Source: Octopus sinensis (Eukaryota). From it: DNA of 64,000 nucleotides. A program made the position numbers and the translations under genes. The DNA is taken from assembly GCF_006345805.1 (NCBI RefSeq), contig NC_043009.1, positions 9,672,001 through 9,736,000 of the forward strand, in the 5' to 3' direction. The notes below the pieces were generated by a model. It made no database searches. It saw nothing but the letters and a program-made list of their open reading frames with translations, and was not told where the DNA came from. Positions 1-12,714 of this stretch are shown piece after piece (the stretch's first letter is position 1; each line of letters begins with the position of its first letter).

Positions 1-251
1 ACCATAATGTTGTTATTTAGCCTCAAATAAACCATGATGCTGCAAACGTGGCATCAAAGACATTCCAGCCTTCAGCAAACCGTCTTTTTGGGGATAATCT
101 TGGACTTTACATACAATAGGTGTGTGATTTAGGTAGGGGGATACTTTGGTTGCTATTTTTAGCATGTCGAGTGACCAGGTAGAGGCTCTTTCATTGGTTC
201 GATTGCGCGATGAGATTTTTTACACATATATGTAATATGTATATATATCAT

Positions 252-432
252 TGGCAGAAGTTAGAGAGTAAGTCAAAAGCTGAGAGTTCCATGTATTGGC
301 ACTTATCAAACAGACTTTGCCTTTCATCCTTTTTGGGAGTCAATGAGATAAGTACTAATGACACACTGGGGTCAATGCAATTGACTAGTACCCTCCCCCA
401 AAATTTCAGGCTTCGTGCTTTTAGTAGAAAGG

Positions 433-468
<36 letters not shown>
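252..468 (+). mobile_element. Decayed SINE of the GGCGAGCTGGCAGAA-head family with (TTA)n tail
   Basis: Contains the family core GACTTTGCCTTTCATCCT...AAGTAC...CACTGGGGTC seen in the intact copies at 9342 and 48732; ends in (ATT)n. Confidence 0.7.
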
Positions 469-947
469 GAGAAGAAGAAGACAACAACAACAGCAGATGG
501 CAGAAATAATTATGTTACTGGCAAATTTCTTTGCATAGTATTTAGTTGTATACTTATTTTTTCTGGGTTCAAACTTTTCCAAAGCCAACATTGACTTTTA
601 TCCTTCAATAACTCATAAAATAATTACTGGAGGTAATTGCTTACAGCTGTCCTTCATCAGATGTCATCAGATGCCATACAAAGGTAATATTCAGAAAAAT
701 TATAATCCTATTAATAACAATCTTAGTCATGTAAAAACTGTCCCACATAGGTGTGGAGGATAGTGGACTGTTGATGTGAACTGAGTTTCAAACTCAATAA
801 AGTTGTCTAGAATATTGATCAAAAGAAGGTGGGCAATTAGTAAACCTTCTACAGTTATTCAAATCTGTATTAGTATATTTAATGGAAGGAGTAACAATAC
901 AATTAACAGGAAATAAAGTGGGGGGAAGAAAACAACTGATTGTTTTT

Positions 948-2290
948 CTAGAGGAATTTAAGACAGGCTGCACCTGGGAGCTCCTCTATGCTGATGACCT
1001 TACTCTCATTGCGGAATCACTTCCAGACCTAGAGAAGAAGTTCCAGGTATGAAAGCAAAGTCTAGAATCGAAGAGCCTTACAGTTAATCTAGCAAAAACC
1101 AAAGTTTTAGTAAGTAGGAAGGTAGACAAATCACAAATCCCTTCAGGTAGATGGCCCAGCTCGATCTGTAGAAAAGCATAGGTAGAAACTCCATAAGATG
1201 CACCCGGTGTAAGCTATGGACACATAAAAGATGCAGTAATATCAGAGGAAGGTTAACAGGGAAACTAGCTTTTGTATGTGGAAGATGCACAGTATAATAA
1301 ATGCTGAAAATGTGCAGAAAATAGACTCCATTAACTCCCAAGAGGACAAACTAGAGGTAGTAGATAGCTTCCGTTATTTAGGTGACCAAGTTAGTAGTGG
1401 AAGTGGATGTCCTGAGAGTATAGCTATGAGAATAATGATAAACTGGGCAAAGTTCAGAGCTCCTATCTCTGCTGGCAACAAAAGGGCGCTCTCTCAGAGT
1501 GAAAGGCTGATTGTTTGATGTTGTGTGCGAACAGCTATGCTACATGGCAGTGAAACATGGGCTGTGACAGCTGAGGACATGTGTAGGCTTGAAAGAAATG
1601 AAGCCAGTATACTTTGCTGGATGTGCAATGTCAGTGTGCATGTTCAACAGATTGTAAGCATCTTGAGAGAAAAGTTAGGCATAAGAGGCATCAGATGTGG
1701 TGTGCAAGAGAGACAACTGTGCTGATATGGTTATGAGATACGGATGGACGAGGACAGCTGTGTAAACAAGTGCCAATCCCTAACTGTAGAGGGAACTTGT
1801 GGTAGAGGTACACCCAGGAAGACATGGTACGAGGTGAAGCATGATCTTTGGGCCTCACAGAGGTGATGACTAGTGACTGAGACCTTTGGCGATATGCTGT
1901 GCTTGAGAAGACCTGTCAAGCCAAGTGAAATCATAGTAACGGCTGATGCTGGTGCCAAGTAAGTGGCACGTAAAAAGCACCATTCAAGCATTGGGCCCCA
2001 TGGAAGCAATGTGGCTGAGCTCCTTTCAAGTGTTGGGCCTCAAGGAGAGAATGACCGTGACCTTTGGCATTACATTGTGCTTAGGAAGAAGACCCATCAA
2101 GCCAAGTAAAATCACAGTCATGGCAGATACTGATGTCACACAAATGGCACGCATGCTGGTGTCATGTAACTGGCACCCGTGCCAGTGGCACATAAAGGCC
2201 ACCTTTTCAATGTTGGGCCTCATGGAGGCAAAGTCGCTGAGTTCCTTTCAAATGTTGGGCCTCATGGAGGCGAAGTAGTTGAACTCCTTT
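948..2290 (+). mobile_element. RTE-clade LINE 3' fragment (RT C-terminus plus 3' UTR repeats), defective
   Basis: Translates to EEFKTGCTWELLYADDL (RT motif), LHGSETWAV and GRGTPRKTW, with stops and frameshifts; followed by GTGGCACGTAAAAAGCACC 3' UTR repeats. Confidence 0.9.
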
Positions 2291-2298
2291 TGAGTGTT

Positions 2299-2967
2299 GG
2301 TACTCTGAGTTTCAAGCTTGATGCCAATCTTCAGCCATTTTGAATTTGAATGAAAGTAGTTGATTGTTATTACTGTAAGGTGGGCTGTGATTGGCCGGGG
2401 AAGGTCATGTGGTGTTGTGGTTTGATGTTGGTATAATTGTATAACCATATATCAGTCAGTTGGAAAACATGGTGAACAGGAAATCGGTCAGGTTGTTGGA
2501 GGGGGGGTAGGAAGGGGTGATATGTGCAAATATATAGTTATTTATGTGGGTGTGTGGATGCGCTCATATGGTTTTGCATGCATATCTGTACTGATGCGAG
2601 CATGCATGTCTGTACTGATGTGAGTGCACCCATGTACAGATGCACACACTCGCATCAATACAGACATGCATGCAAAACCATATGAGCATGTCCACACACC
2701 CACATATATAACTATATACTTACGCATATAGCCCCTTCAACAACCTGACCGATTTCCTGTCCACCATGTGGTTGATTTTCTGCTCGCCGTGTTTTCCAAC
2801 TGTGGTCACTTACATATGGTTATACAGTTATACTAACCTCAAACCACAACACCATGTGACATTCCTCGACCAATCACTGCCCACCTTACATTAATAACAT
2901 TCAACTTCTTTCATTCAAATTCAAAATGGCTGAAGATTAGCATCACACTTGAAACTCCCAGAGTACC
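2299..2967. mobile_element. Fold-back MITE (nearly the whole element is an imperfect inverted repeat)
   Basis: GGTACTCTG...TCTTCAGCCATTTTGAATTTGAATGAAAG at left is mirrored by CTTTCATTCAAATTCAAAATGGCTGAAGA...CAGAGTACC at right; inner arms at about 2520-2600 and 2648-2730 also pair. No TSD found. Confidence 0.75.
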
Positions 2968-3301
2968 AATGAATTTGAATCAAACTGTTTTGATCCATAC
3001 ATATAACTCCTAATAAATGTGTTATGTGCCAGTCTTTCATTTGTCTGCATGCATGCATGCATACATACATACATACATACATATATACATACATACATAC
3101 ATATATACATACATACATACATTCATGCATGCATGCATGCACATCAGGTTGTATCAAAAGTTTCAGATTTCCATTGATGAATTTTGGCAACGTATATCTA
3201 CATTTTATATTATTAGTTTGATACAACTTGTCAAATCATTGTTCATTCTTTATTTTCATATATAACATAGAAACATTAATTACTTATTTTACAGCTTTGA
3301 T

Positions 3302-3403
3302 AATGTGTGGTGAAAAAATTGCAATTAGAGCCATTTTATGCTATCTGTGGAAATATGGAGCAAATGCAAGGGTAGAGGTAAAAGATATTAGGGATGTTGT
3401 GTA
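3302..3403 (+). pseudogene. Possible remnant of a mariner-type transposase N-terminus
   Basis: MCGEKIAIRAILCYLWKYGANARVEVKDIRDV resembles the first helix-turn-helix region of mariner transposases; short and truncated. Confidence 0.35.
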
Positions 3404-3459
3404 ACTGTAAAAATGCAGAATTATCGGAGTAATGGGTATTCAACAAAGTATGTATGTAT

Positions 3460-3682
3460 AGAAATGTATGAATGAAGTCTTTAATGTTTAAGATTCAAAT
3501 TAAGGAAGTGCAATAATAATGTTAACAGTTCAAAACTGTGAGTAGTGAAATGCAGAATTAGGTTGGCTGATCATGAGAATCAAATATTGATCACTTCGCT
3601 AAAAACTGCAGGTGGTATGGGTTATTTCCCTTGGGTTGTTTAAATAAAATATTAGTAATATATAGTAGATAGGAGGAGCCAT
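3460..3682 (+). repeat. Dispersed repeat, also present at about 22772-23209 (where it is split by a TTAA MITE)
   Basis: GTTTAAGATTCAAATTAAGGAAGTGCAATAATAATG...GGTGGTATGGGTTATTTCCC occurs at both loci with high identity. Confidence 0.8.
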
Positions 3683-4283
3683 ATTATTGATTTTTTTTCA
3701 ACAAACTGAGTATGTTATGAGGTTTCCAGACATGAGTTCTACTCACGTGTCATGTTTCATCAAAATCAATAAAACGATGTTGGAGCAGTTAGCTAACAAT
3801 GTCACAAACAAACACACTCTGATTTTCCACATAAGTAGTAGATATACATACATGTGTGTGTGTATATATATATATATTATATATATATATATATATATTA
3901 CATTCAAGAGTTATTCCTTTCTAACCAGTATAAAATTGAAGAAACCAAGGGTACCAAAAATGTGTGATAGTGGTCACTATAGTAACAATTGTAGAAGTAA
4001 TAGTAGGACAGCAAAGTATGGAAGTGAAGTGAGCTGTGACCAATAGCTGACAATTGCAAAAACCTATAAGTAATAATAATAATAATACATAGCTGTAATT
4101 ATAAGTGCCTGACGGTCTAATGAAATGAAATGCAAAGATAAATCAATAGATATATAAAAAAATTTGAGGGTAGTGGTGGTGAGGAAGGAGAGAGAGAGAG
4201 AGGGAGAAAGTCAAAGAAACTACATTGCCAAGGAGACAGGACATTATTGAAAGACTGTGTACAGATGTGGTGGGAGAGAGAGA

Positions 4284-4315
<32 letters not shown>

Positions 4316-4789
4316 CAGAGAGAGAGACAGAGACAGAGAGAGAGAAAAAGAGAGAAAGAAGACAATCATGACAGATGAACAGACAGGCAGGCAGGCAGGC
4401 AGACAGATAGACAAAACTTTATTCAGAAAAATATCTTTTATCCTCAACATGCTGAGACTAAATAATATTATAAATTATACCATAATCATTATTTGTTATT
4501 ATCCATACTAATGTGTAAGAAAGATAAAGGATATTTTTTCTGAGTAAATTTTTGTGTGACTAGCAAATAATGGGGTTTCTCTAAAAAATATGTTTAGTAA
4601 ATTGGTATTAAGATAATGTGTTTTGCAGTTCTAGTTCCTTCGAATGTATAAATACATACACATAATATATTTACAGAAGTTCATTTCCTTTTTTAAAAAA
4701 CTATGTAACTTTCGATAGAATTACTTCATGTACACACTAGTATGGATACTAAATAATGACTATAGCATAATTTATAATATTATTTAATC

Positions 4790-5220
4790 AAAATCGAAAT
4801 CGAAATCGATCAACATCAATGGAAATTATAGCTGTGATACCAGTGCCGGTGGCATGTAAGAGAACCATCTGAACGTGGCCGTTGCCAGCGCCACCCCAAC
4901 TGGCCTCCGTGCCGGTGGCATGTAAAAAGCACCATCCAATAGTAGCCGTTGCCAGCCTGGCCTGGCCTACGTGCCAGTGGCACGTAAAAAGCACCATCCA
5001 GTCGTGGCCGTTTGCCAGCCTCGTCTGGCACCTGTGCCGGTGGCACATAAAAAGCACCCACTACACTCACGGAGTGGTTGGCGTTAGGAAGGGCATCCAG
5101 CCGTAGAAACATTGCCAGATCAGACTGGGCCTGGTGCAGCCTTCGGGTTTCCCAAACCCCAGTTGAACTGTCCAACCCATGCTAGCATGGAAAGTGGATG
5201 CAAAATTATGATGATGATGT
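4790..5220 (+). mobile_element. RTE 3' tail (tandem GTGCCGGTGGCA repeats, conserved terminus, (GAT)n)
   Basis: Ends with GGCGTTAGGAAGGGCATCCAGC...CCAACCCATGCTAGCATGGAAAG...(GAT)n, the same tail attached to the RT fragment at 21053-22175. Confidence 0.85.
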
Positions 5221-5627
5221 TGGTGTGGTGAAGATAAAGGATATTTTTCTGGGAAAATTTTCTTTTTTTTGTATATGGTTTAATTTTCTTAATAGTATAG
5301 AACTGAAAGTCGTTATTTACTGTAGATTAATAACAAACTATTTCTGTTTTAAAATATTAACACGCAGAAATATACTTCAATTGATATTCTTAAATATACA
5401 CACACATCTTGTATAACTGTTATATTAATTTTTATTTTATTTTATTATATTTTTCTAAAATTAAATCATTAACTCTCACACTGACAAACATAAACATATA
5501 TTAAATTCAGTCTGTTTTAAGATTTCGAACTTCTCATATGTAATTTTTGTCATACTTTACCCTGACGAGATTCTTACTCAAAATATTTCCAAAATATGAA
5601 ATGAAACCATTGTCGGGATTATTAATG

Positions 5628-5805
5628 AAAGCACCCACTACACTCTTGGAGAGGTTGGTATTAGGAAGGGCATCCAGCTGTAGAAACTCTGCCAGATCAG
5701 ATTGGAGCCTGGTGCAGCCATCTGGTTCGCCAGTCCTCAGTCAAATCATCCAAACCATGCTAGCATGGAAAGCGGACGTTAAATGATGATGATGATGATG
5801 ATGGT
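5628..5805 (+). mobile_element. RTE 3' terminal fragment
   Basis: AAAGCACCCACTACACTC...AGGAAGGGCATCCAGCTG...GGAAAGCGGACGTTAAA(TGA)n. Confidence 0.85.
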
Positions 5806-6025
5806 GATTTATATTATAATAATGATATAATATTATGCTAATAAAATTAACATATGTCAGTTTAACTCTCCATTTTCCTTTTATTATTATATATTGTATA
5901 TATAACCATTTATATTGTAGAATATTTATTCTACTATACGGGTATTAAACCAGGAAACCAGTGAAAATTGGATGGTTCCATCCTTATAAGAGGAGCTTGT
6001 TTCCTCGTATTGGATCTTTTTAATA

Positions 6026-6193
6026 GCAGGAGTGGCTGTGTGGTAAGTAGCTTGCTAACCAACCACATGGTTCCGGGTTCAGTCCCATTGCGTGGCACCT
6101 TGGGCAAGTGTCTTCTGCTATAGCCCCGGGCCGATCAATGCCCTGTGAGTGGATTTGGTAGACGGAAACTGAAAGAAGCCTGTCGTATATATG

Positions 6194-6224
<31 letters not shown>

Positions 6225-6434
6225 TTGTGTGTCTGTGTTTGTCCCTCTAGCATTGCTTGACAACCGATGCTGGTGTGTTTCCGTCCCCGTCACTTAGCAG
6301 TTCGGCAAAAAGAGACCGATAGAATAAGTACTGGGCTTACAAAGAATAAGTCCCGGGGTCGATTTCCTCAACTAAAGGCGGTGCTCCAGCATGGCCGCAG
6401 TCAAATGACTGAAACAAGTAAAAGAGTAAAAGAG

Positions 6435-6435
<1 letters not shown>
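6026..6435 (+). mobile_element. tRNA-derived SINE with CORE-like segment (GGAGTGGCTGTGTGGTAAG family), full length
   Basis: A/B-box-like head (TGGCTGTGTGG, GGTTCAGTCC), CORE-like ACCTTGGGCAAGTG, internal (TA)/(TG) tract and AAAAGAGT tail; many copies in the window. Confidence 0.9.
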
Positions 6436-6467
<32 letters not shown>

Positions 6468-6468
<1 letters not shown>

Positions 6469-6748
6469 GATGTACTTGCATAGCGAGTGACTTGATCTGA
6501 GATCGTGTGCTGGAACGAAAACAATTGCAGCGTGGAAGGTGTTTATAAGCCATTTAAGAAACACACAAAAACCGTTAGATTCACTTAGATTCATTTAAAT
6601 TTGATGCAGCACGAAGTTTTGTCAGTGAACAAGTCGCGGTCTCAAAGCGACGAAAATATTTTGACAAATTAAATTTAAATGTTGAAGTGAATCTAAAGGT
6701 TTTGTGTGTTTCTTAAATGGCTTATAAACACCTTCCACGCTGCAATTA
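6468..6748. mobile_element. PLE-type terminal-repeat stub with inverted arms and a hammerhead-like fold
   Basis: Arms at about 6524-6586 and 6685-6747 are inverted; the same family occurs at 38843-39160. Confidence 0.6.
6618..6668 (+). ncRNA. Minimal type I hammerhead-like motif, G3-C8 core variant
   Basis: Stem I TTTGTCA/TGACAAA; core GTGAACA; stem II GTCGC/GCGAC; GAAA; palindromic stem III AATATT; UUU site. Confidence 0.55.
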
Positions 6749-6960
6749 TTATATATATACACTCCTGTCACAATCTGGGACCTTGAAGACCGCTTTAATG
6801 CAAGAAAGTATACTAGTCCCTTAATATTTTCTATTCAATAAGACAATCAATACTTCATTTCATTATACTACTACTATATATACTTTTTATACTATATATT
6901 CTATATTCTACATTAATATTATAAAGAATATAAATAAAACACAAAATTGGAATTCCTTTG

Positions 6961-7003
<43 letters not shown>

Positions 7004-7870
7004 CATATATATACATATATATATTTGTGTATGTGCATGTGTCTGTGTTTGTCCCCGCCTCCCCACCATCAGTTTACAACCGATGCTGGTGTGTTTATGT
7101 CCCCATAACTTAGCTGTTCAGCCAAAGAGACCAATAGAATACATACTTTACAGAGAATAAGTCTTGGGATCAATTTACCTTTTAAGGCGGTTCTCCAGCA
7201 TGGCCGCAGTCAAATGACTGAAACAAATAAAAGAGTAAACTGTGAGTATCAAGACTCCAATGAAGTTATAGGATGTTACTCAGTCATTCAACTATGAGTC
7301 TGCTGCATCTTATGGCAGAAACAACTGTAAGGAAATGAAGTTCATATCTTAACTATCTTTACCCCTTTGTCATCTAATTTTCTTGATATATATACATATA
7401 CATATAATTAATAATAAAAGGGTAAAATTTATCAATTAAATTAATTAATCAATCAATCAATTAATTAATAATTTCACCAAGTAGATCGGTAAAATTATAC
7501 AAATATTTTATAATTATAAACATAATTATAATTAGGGTTCAGTTTATAGTAGTAGAGAAGGAATTTTAACTCCTGTTTCTAAATTCGGTATGTGGTGAAG
7601 CAATTAGCAGAACCTTAATTATAAAATATTTGTGTATATATATATATAATATATATATATATACATGTGTGTGTATATAGAGAGGTCAAAAGAAAAGGAG
7701 AGGTTAGCTGAACTTTGGTTCCAGACAGATCCTGAAAATTGAAGTACTCAGTCAGGCCTTCTAGGATTAAAGTTGAAATAGTCTTTATAGAAAATACAAA
7801 GACACACACACTTACATCACACAGGTTGACGATACATTGATATTTAAAAATAATAATAAAATTCAGGTAA

Positions 7871-8089
7871 TACTCTTTACTCTTTTACTTGTTTCAGTCA
7901 TTTGACTGCGGCCACGCTGGAGCACCGCCTTTAATCGAGCAACTCGACCCCGGGACTTATTCTTTTGTAAGCCCAGTACTTATTCTATCGGTTTCTTTGC
8001 CGAACCGCTAAGTAACGGGGACATAAACACACCAGCATCGGTTGTCAAGCAATGCTAGGGGGACAAACACAGATGCACAAACACACACA

Positions 8090-8137
<48 letters not shown>

Positions 8138-8297
8138 CGACGGGCTTCTTTCAGTTTCCGTCTAACAAATCCACTCACAAGGCTTTGGTCGGCCCGAAGC
8201 TATAGTAGAAGACACTTGCCCAAGGTGCCACGCAGTGGGACTGAACCTGGAACCATGTGGTTGGTAAACAAGCTACTTACCACACAGTCACTCCTGC
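7871..8297 (-). mobile_element. GGAGTGGCTGTGTGGTAAG-family SINE, full length
   Basis: Reverse complement of 6026-6435. Confidence 0.9.
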
Positions 8298-9061
8298 AAT
8301 TCTGATGACTTAAGATAATAGGTACATACAGGTAATTCTCGGGTTGACTTGTTGCATAAACTTTGTCTTGAATTGCAAATAAAAATGCAGGGGTGTTTTA
8401 GCAGCGTAACGATGATATGGTAATCAGCAGGGCTTCAGTATATAATTGAATAAAAGTACCAACAGGCAAACAGCTGGTATCAGGTTACATTCTGAGATCT
8501 ATATATATTTACAGATTGATTATAAGTTGAGGGTGGAAACGAGTGTTTGATTGATTGACAGACAGACAGACACATACATATGCATGAGGAAACATACAAA
8601 TCTGCACGTATACAAACATACAAATGTACCCTGTTGTTGATGTTGGAATTTCAATGAGCCTCGGATCAAGGTTAGAAACAGACCCTTTTTTTTGTTAGCG
8701 AGAAATCTTGAAATAAAACTGAATAAATGACATCTTAGCTGCTTTCTCATAGACAGGACAAAGCTATTGCTAGAAAGAATCACTGAAATGTGTCGTTGCT
8801 GCTGCAATGTGAGGCCCTTGTATGATTCTTGAGCTTGGTGGAAGATTTGCATGCACACACACATGCACACACACGCACAGAGGCAAAGGTATGATTGTGT
8901 GGTAAGAAGTTCATTTCCCAACAACATGGCCACATGGTTATGGGTTCAGTACCACTACATGACACATTGGGCAAGTGTCTTCTATTATAATCTTAGGCTG
9001 ACCAAAGCCTAACAGAGACTGAAAGAAGCTTGTCATGTATGTATATAGGTTTTTTTTTTTT

Positions 9062-9280
9062 TTTCAATATGTGACCTCGTGAGTACTGCCGGCGATTTTT
9101 TTCCTCTGTCTTCCCTTCTCGGGATCTTTCCTTCTCCTATGTTTCCGACGAAGAGCTCCGCTCGAAACATTAAACCCTCCTTCTTCCCTTCTTTCCTGAG
9201 CGTCCAATAAAACTTTATTTGTTCCACATCCTCGCGTTGTTTTGTTTTTTTGTGTTTTCTTGTTTGGATTAACTATATAT
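9062..9280 (+). mobile_element. PLE-type terminal-repeat fragment with a hammerhead-like motif at 9141-9175
   Basis: GTTT-CCGACGA-A-GAGC-TCC-GCTC-GAAAC-ATT-AAAC, followed by AATAAA and flanked by (TA)n. Confidence 0.5.
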
Positions 9281-9341
9281 ATATATCTATTTGTGCATGT
9301 GTCTTTCCATGTGTTTGTCTGCCACCACTGCTTATTGGTAT

Positions 9342-9575
9342 GCGAGCTGGCAGAAACGTTAGCACACCGGGCGAAATGTGTAGCCGTATTTCGTCTGCCA
9401 TTACGTTCTGAGTTCAAATTCTGCCACGGTCGACTTTGCCTTTCATCCTTTCGGGGTCGATAAATTAAGTACCAGTTATGCACTGGGGTTGATGTAATCG
9501 ACTTAATCCGTTTGTCTGTCCTTGTTTGTCCCCTCTCTGTGTTTAGCCCCTTGTGGGTAGTAAAGAAATAGGTAT
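9342..9575 (+). mobile_element. GGCGAGCTGGCAGAA-family SINE
   Basis: Head GCGAGCTGGCAGAAACGTTAGC, B box GAGTTCAAATTC, core GCCTTTCATCCTTTCGGGGTCGATAAATTAAGTACC. Confidence 0.9.
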
Positions 9576-9716
9576 GTTTACATCCCTGTAACTGAGCAGT
9601 TTAACAAATGAGTACCAACTTTAAAAAAAAAAAAAAGTACTAAAGTTGATTCATTTGACCAAAACTTCAAGCATGGCTTGAGTTTAATGACTGAAACAAG
9701 ATATACATAAAGGATA

Positions 9717-10065
9717 GGGTAAAGGGTAAAGACCCCCTTCAGTCATGTACGGCTATGGGATTGCATCTAGAAAGTTCCCCCTCCGGAGCACAACTTCAAG
9801 CAAAGTTGTTTATGGATAACCAGCAGTCAACCATGAATACCAGCCTCCACTCACCACACCACTGATGTTATCTAAGGAAAAGGAAAAGGCTGATACAGCT
9901 AGGTACCAGGGACATCACAACTCATTTCTACAGATGAGTGAACTGGAGCAATGTGAAATAAAATGTCTTGCTCAAGAGCATAACACACAACCTGATCTGG
10001 AAATCGAACTTACTGCCTCGTGATTGTGAGCCTGATGCTCTAACCACTGAGCCATGCACCTTCAC
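9717..10065 (-). mobile_element. tRNA-derived CORE-like SINE (GTGAAGG-head family)
   Basis: Minus strand reads GTGAAGGTGCATGGCTCAGTGGTTAGAGC...AGTTCGATTTCC...CTTGAGCAAGACAT. Confidence 0.8.
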
Positions 10066-10274
10066 TATTAATATCTTTACAGCACCTAGGTTTCCCAAGC
10101 AGTCACCTCTGTCTCCTTGTGTGTGCATGTTTGTGTGTGTGTGTGTGTTTTCCAACACACAGTACTAACATAGGCTCAATGTTTCTTAACTTCAGTGATT
10201 GGATAAGAACTGAAGTTTCAATGTGATATGACCATAGATATATATATACAAAATAAGAAATAATCTCACTTGTA

Positions 10275-10283
10275 CTATATATA

Positions 10284-10332
<49 letters not shown>

Positions 10333-10377
10333 CATATATATATATACATATATATATATACATATATATATATATAC

Positions 10378-10412
<35 letters not shown>

Positions 10413-10418
10413 ATATAT

Positions 10419-10463
<45 letters not shown>

Positions 10464-10467
10464 ATAT

Positions 10468-10502
<35 letters not shown>

Positions 10503-10910
10503 CCATCTGGACGGTCGCACCGATGATCTACGGACATTTATGTAAGTAAAACTACATAATATGTTAATAGTGAAACATGTATGCGAATAATTCATATTTT
10601 TACTACTTTTTCTTTTGTCTTGCTCGATTACATTTTAGTGTTTTGCTAAATTTTTCTTGAGAACATTTCTTAGTGGTAAGACCATAGCAGATCTATTTCT
10701 AGCATAAGGGTGTCCAGATAGTGGTTTCCCTCTAATATGTGTATATATATATAATATATATATATATGTATATATATTGTATATATATATATATAATATA
10801 TATATATATATATACACACATATATATATACACACACATATATATATACACACACATATATATATACACACACACATATATATACACCACACATATATAT
10901 ACACACACAC

Positions 10911-10962
<52 letters not shown>

Positions 10963-11000
10963 CACACAGACATGCATATGTATATCACACACACACGTGT
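10275..11000. repeat. Compound (TA)n/(TACA)n/(CA)n microsatellites
   Basis: Seen directly; the source of the YI-rich ORFs in the track. Confidence 0.95.
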
Positions 11001-11775
11001 ACCAGTATCAGTTTTTCTTTCAGACTATAAACTCCTGAGAGGAGGCTAGGTCCTACAGCCAGGCTTATAACTTCCTGTAGTTGATAGCCAACACTATGTT
11101 GCCCTGTAAGTTAAAGGCTGATAAAAGTATAGAACCGATAAACAAGAAGCTCCTGCAGGAAATAGGTGCGGGGGAAGTAAAATTATTTTATTTGAGATGG
11201 GATAAATGTCAAAAATGTGTTTAAAAGAGGGGTTGTAGTAGAATGTTGTTGGTTAAGCCTGGCTGAGAAAAATCTAGTAACCAATAGTATACCAACCGGC
11301 TTTGTTCACCCTCTTTCCATGACTGAGCACTGAAGGGCAACTTTAAGATTATAATGTGTCAGATAAAAAGAATTTGAGTTCATTTTAAGAAAATATATAA
11401 GGTCAATAAAGGAAGGTCTCTTGATGGAAAATCACTAGAACATGTAATTAACAGCAATTATCTATGTATTGTCAATTTTGCTCATAATTGGTGAATAGAA
11501 GGCGGTAGGATGGCAGAACCGTTAGTATGTTGGATGAAATGCTAAACGACATTTCATCTGGATTTACATCCAGAGCTCAAATCTTGCCAAGGACAACTTT
11601 GCCTTTCAGGGTCCATAAAATAAACTGTCAAATTCTGGGGTTGAGGTAACTGACTGGCCTCTATCTTCCGAAACTACCGTCCCTGTGCCGAAATTTGAAG
11701 CTATTCTTTGGTGTATAGCATTTAAAATAATATGGAAAGTGATAAATCTCAGATGACAACAATGATTCACCTACA

Positions 11776-12190
11776 GGTGCAGGAGTGGCTGTGTGGTAAG
11801 TAGCTTGCTAACCAACCACATGGTTCCGGGTTCAGTCCCACTGCATGGCACCTTGGGCAAGTGTCTTCTGCTATAGCCTCAGGCCGACCAATGCCTTGTG
11901 AGTGGATTTGGTAGACGGAAACTGAAAGAAGCCCGTCGTAATATGTATATATATATGGGTGCTGTCGGTATGTTTGTGTGTTGTGTGTGTCCCCCTAGCA
12001 TTGCTTGACAACGATGCTGGTGTGTTTACGTCCCTGTTACTTAGCGGTTCGGCAAAAGAAAACTGATAGAATAAGTACTGGGCTTACAAAAAGAAGAAGT
12101 CCCAGGTCACGAGTTGCTCGAGTAAAGCCGGTGCTCAAGAATGGCCGCAGTCAAATGACTGAAAACAGTAAAATGAGAAAAAAAAAGAGT
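11776..12190 (+). mobile_element. GGAGTGGCTGTGTGGTAAG-family SINE
   Basis: Matches 6026-6435. Confidence 0.9.
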
Positions 12191-12377
12191 ATGATGAAGT
12201 ATACAAAATAAATCAGATGATTTTTAAGATGGACACACATGTTCTTGAAAAATTGACTGTATGGCAAGAAGCTTGCTTCCCAATCACAGTTCCAGGTTCT
12301 ATTATAGCCCTATAGCCACAGGCTGACCAAAGCCCTGTGAGTGCATTTGGTAGATGGAAACTAAAAGAAGACCATCA

Positions 12378-12534
12378 TTATATAAGTATGTATATGTATA
12401 TATATATGAATATGTATGTGTATTATATACATATATATATATATATATATATGGATATGTATGTGTATTATATATATATATGGATATGTATGTGTATTAT
12501 TATATATATATCTATATATATGGATATGTATGTG

Positions 12535-12582
<48 letters not shown>

Positions 12583-12683
12583 ATATGTGTTTATATACAT
12601 AGATATATAGATATATATATATATATATATATGGATATGTATGTGTATATATATATATATATATATAATATGGAATGTATGTG

Positions 12684-12714
<31 letters not shown>

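Noticed and set aside
639-676. Minus-strand CTGATGAAGG-ACAGCTGTA PLE-hammerhead remnant
   Set aside because: The GAAA and stem II are missing, so the ribozyme is incomplete.
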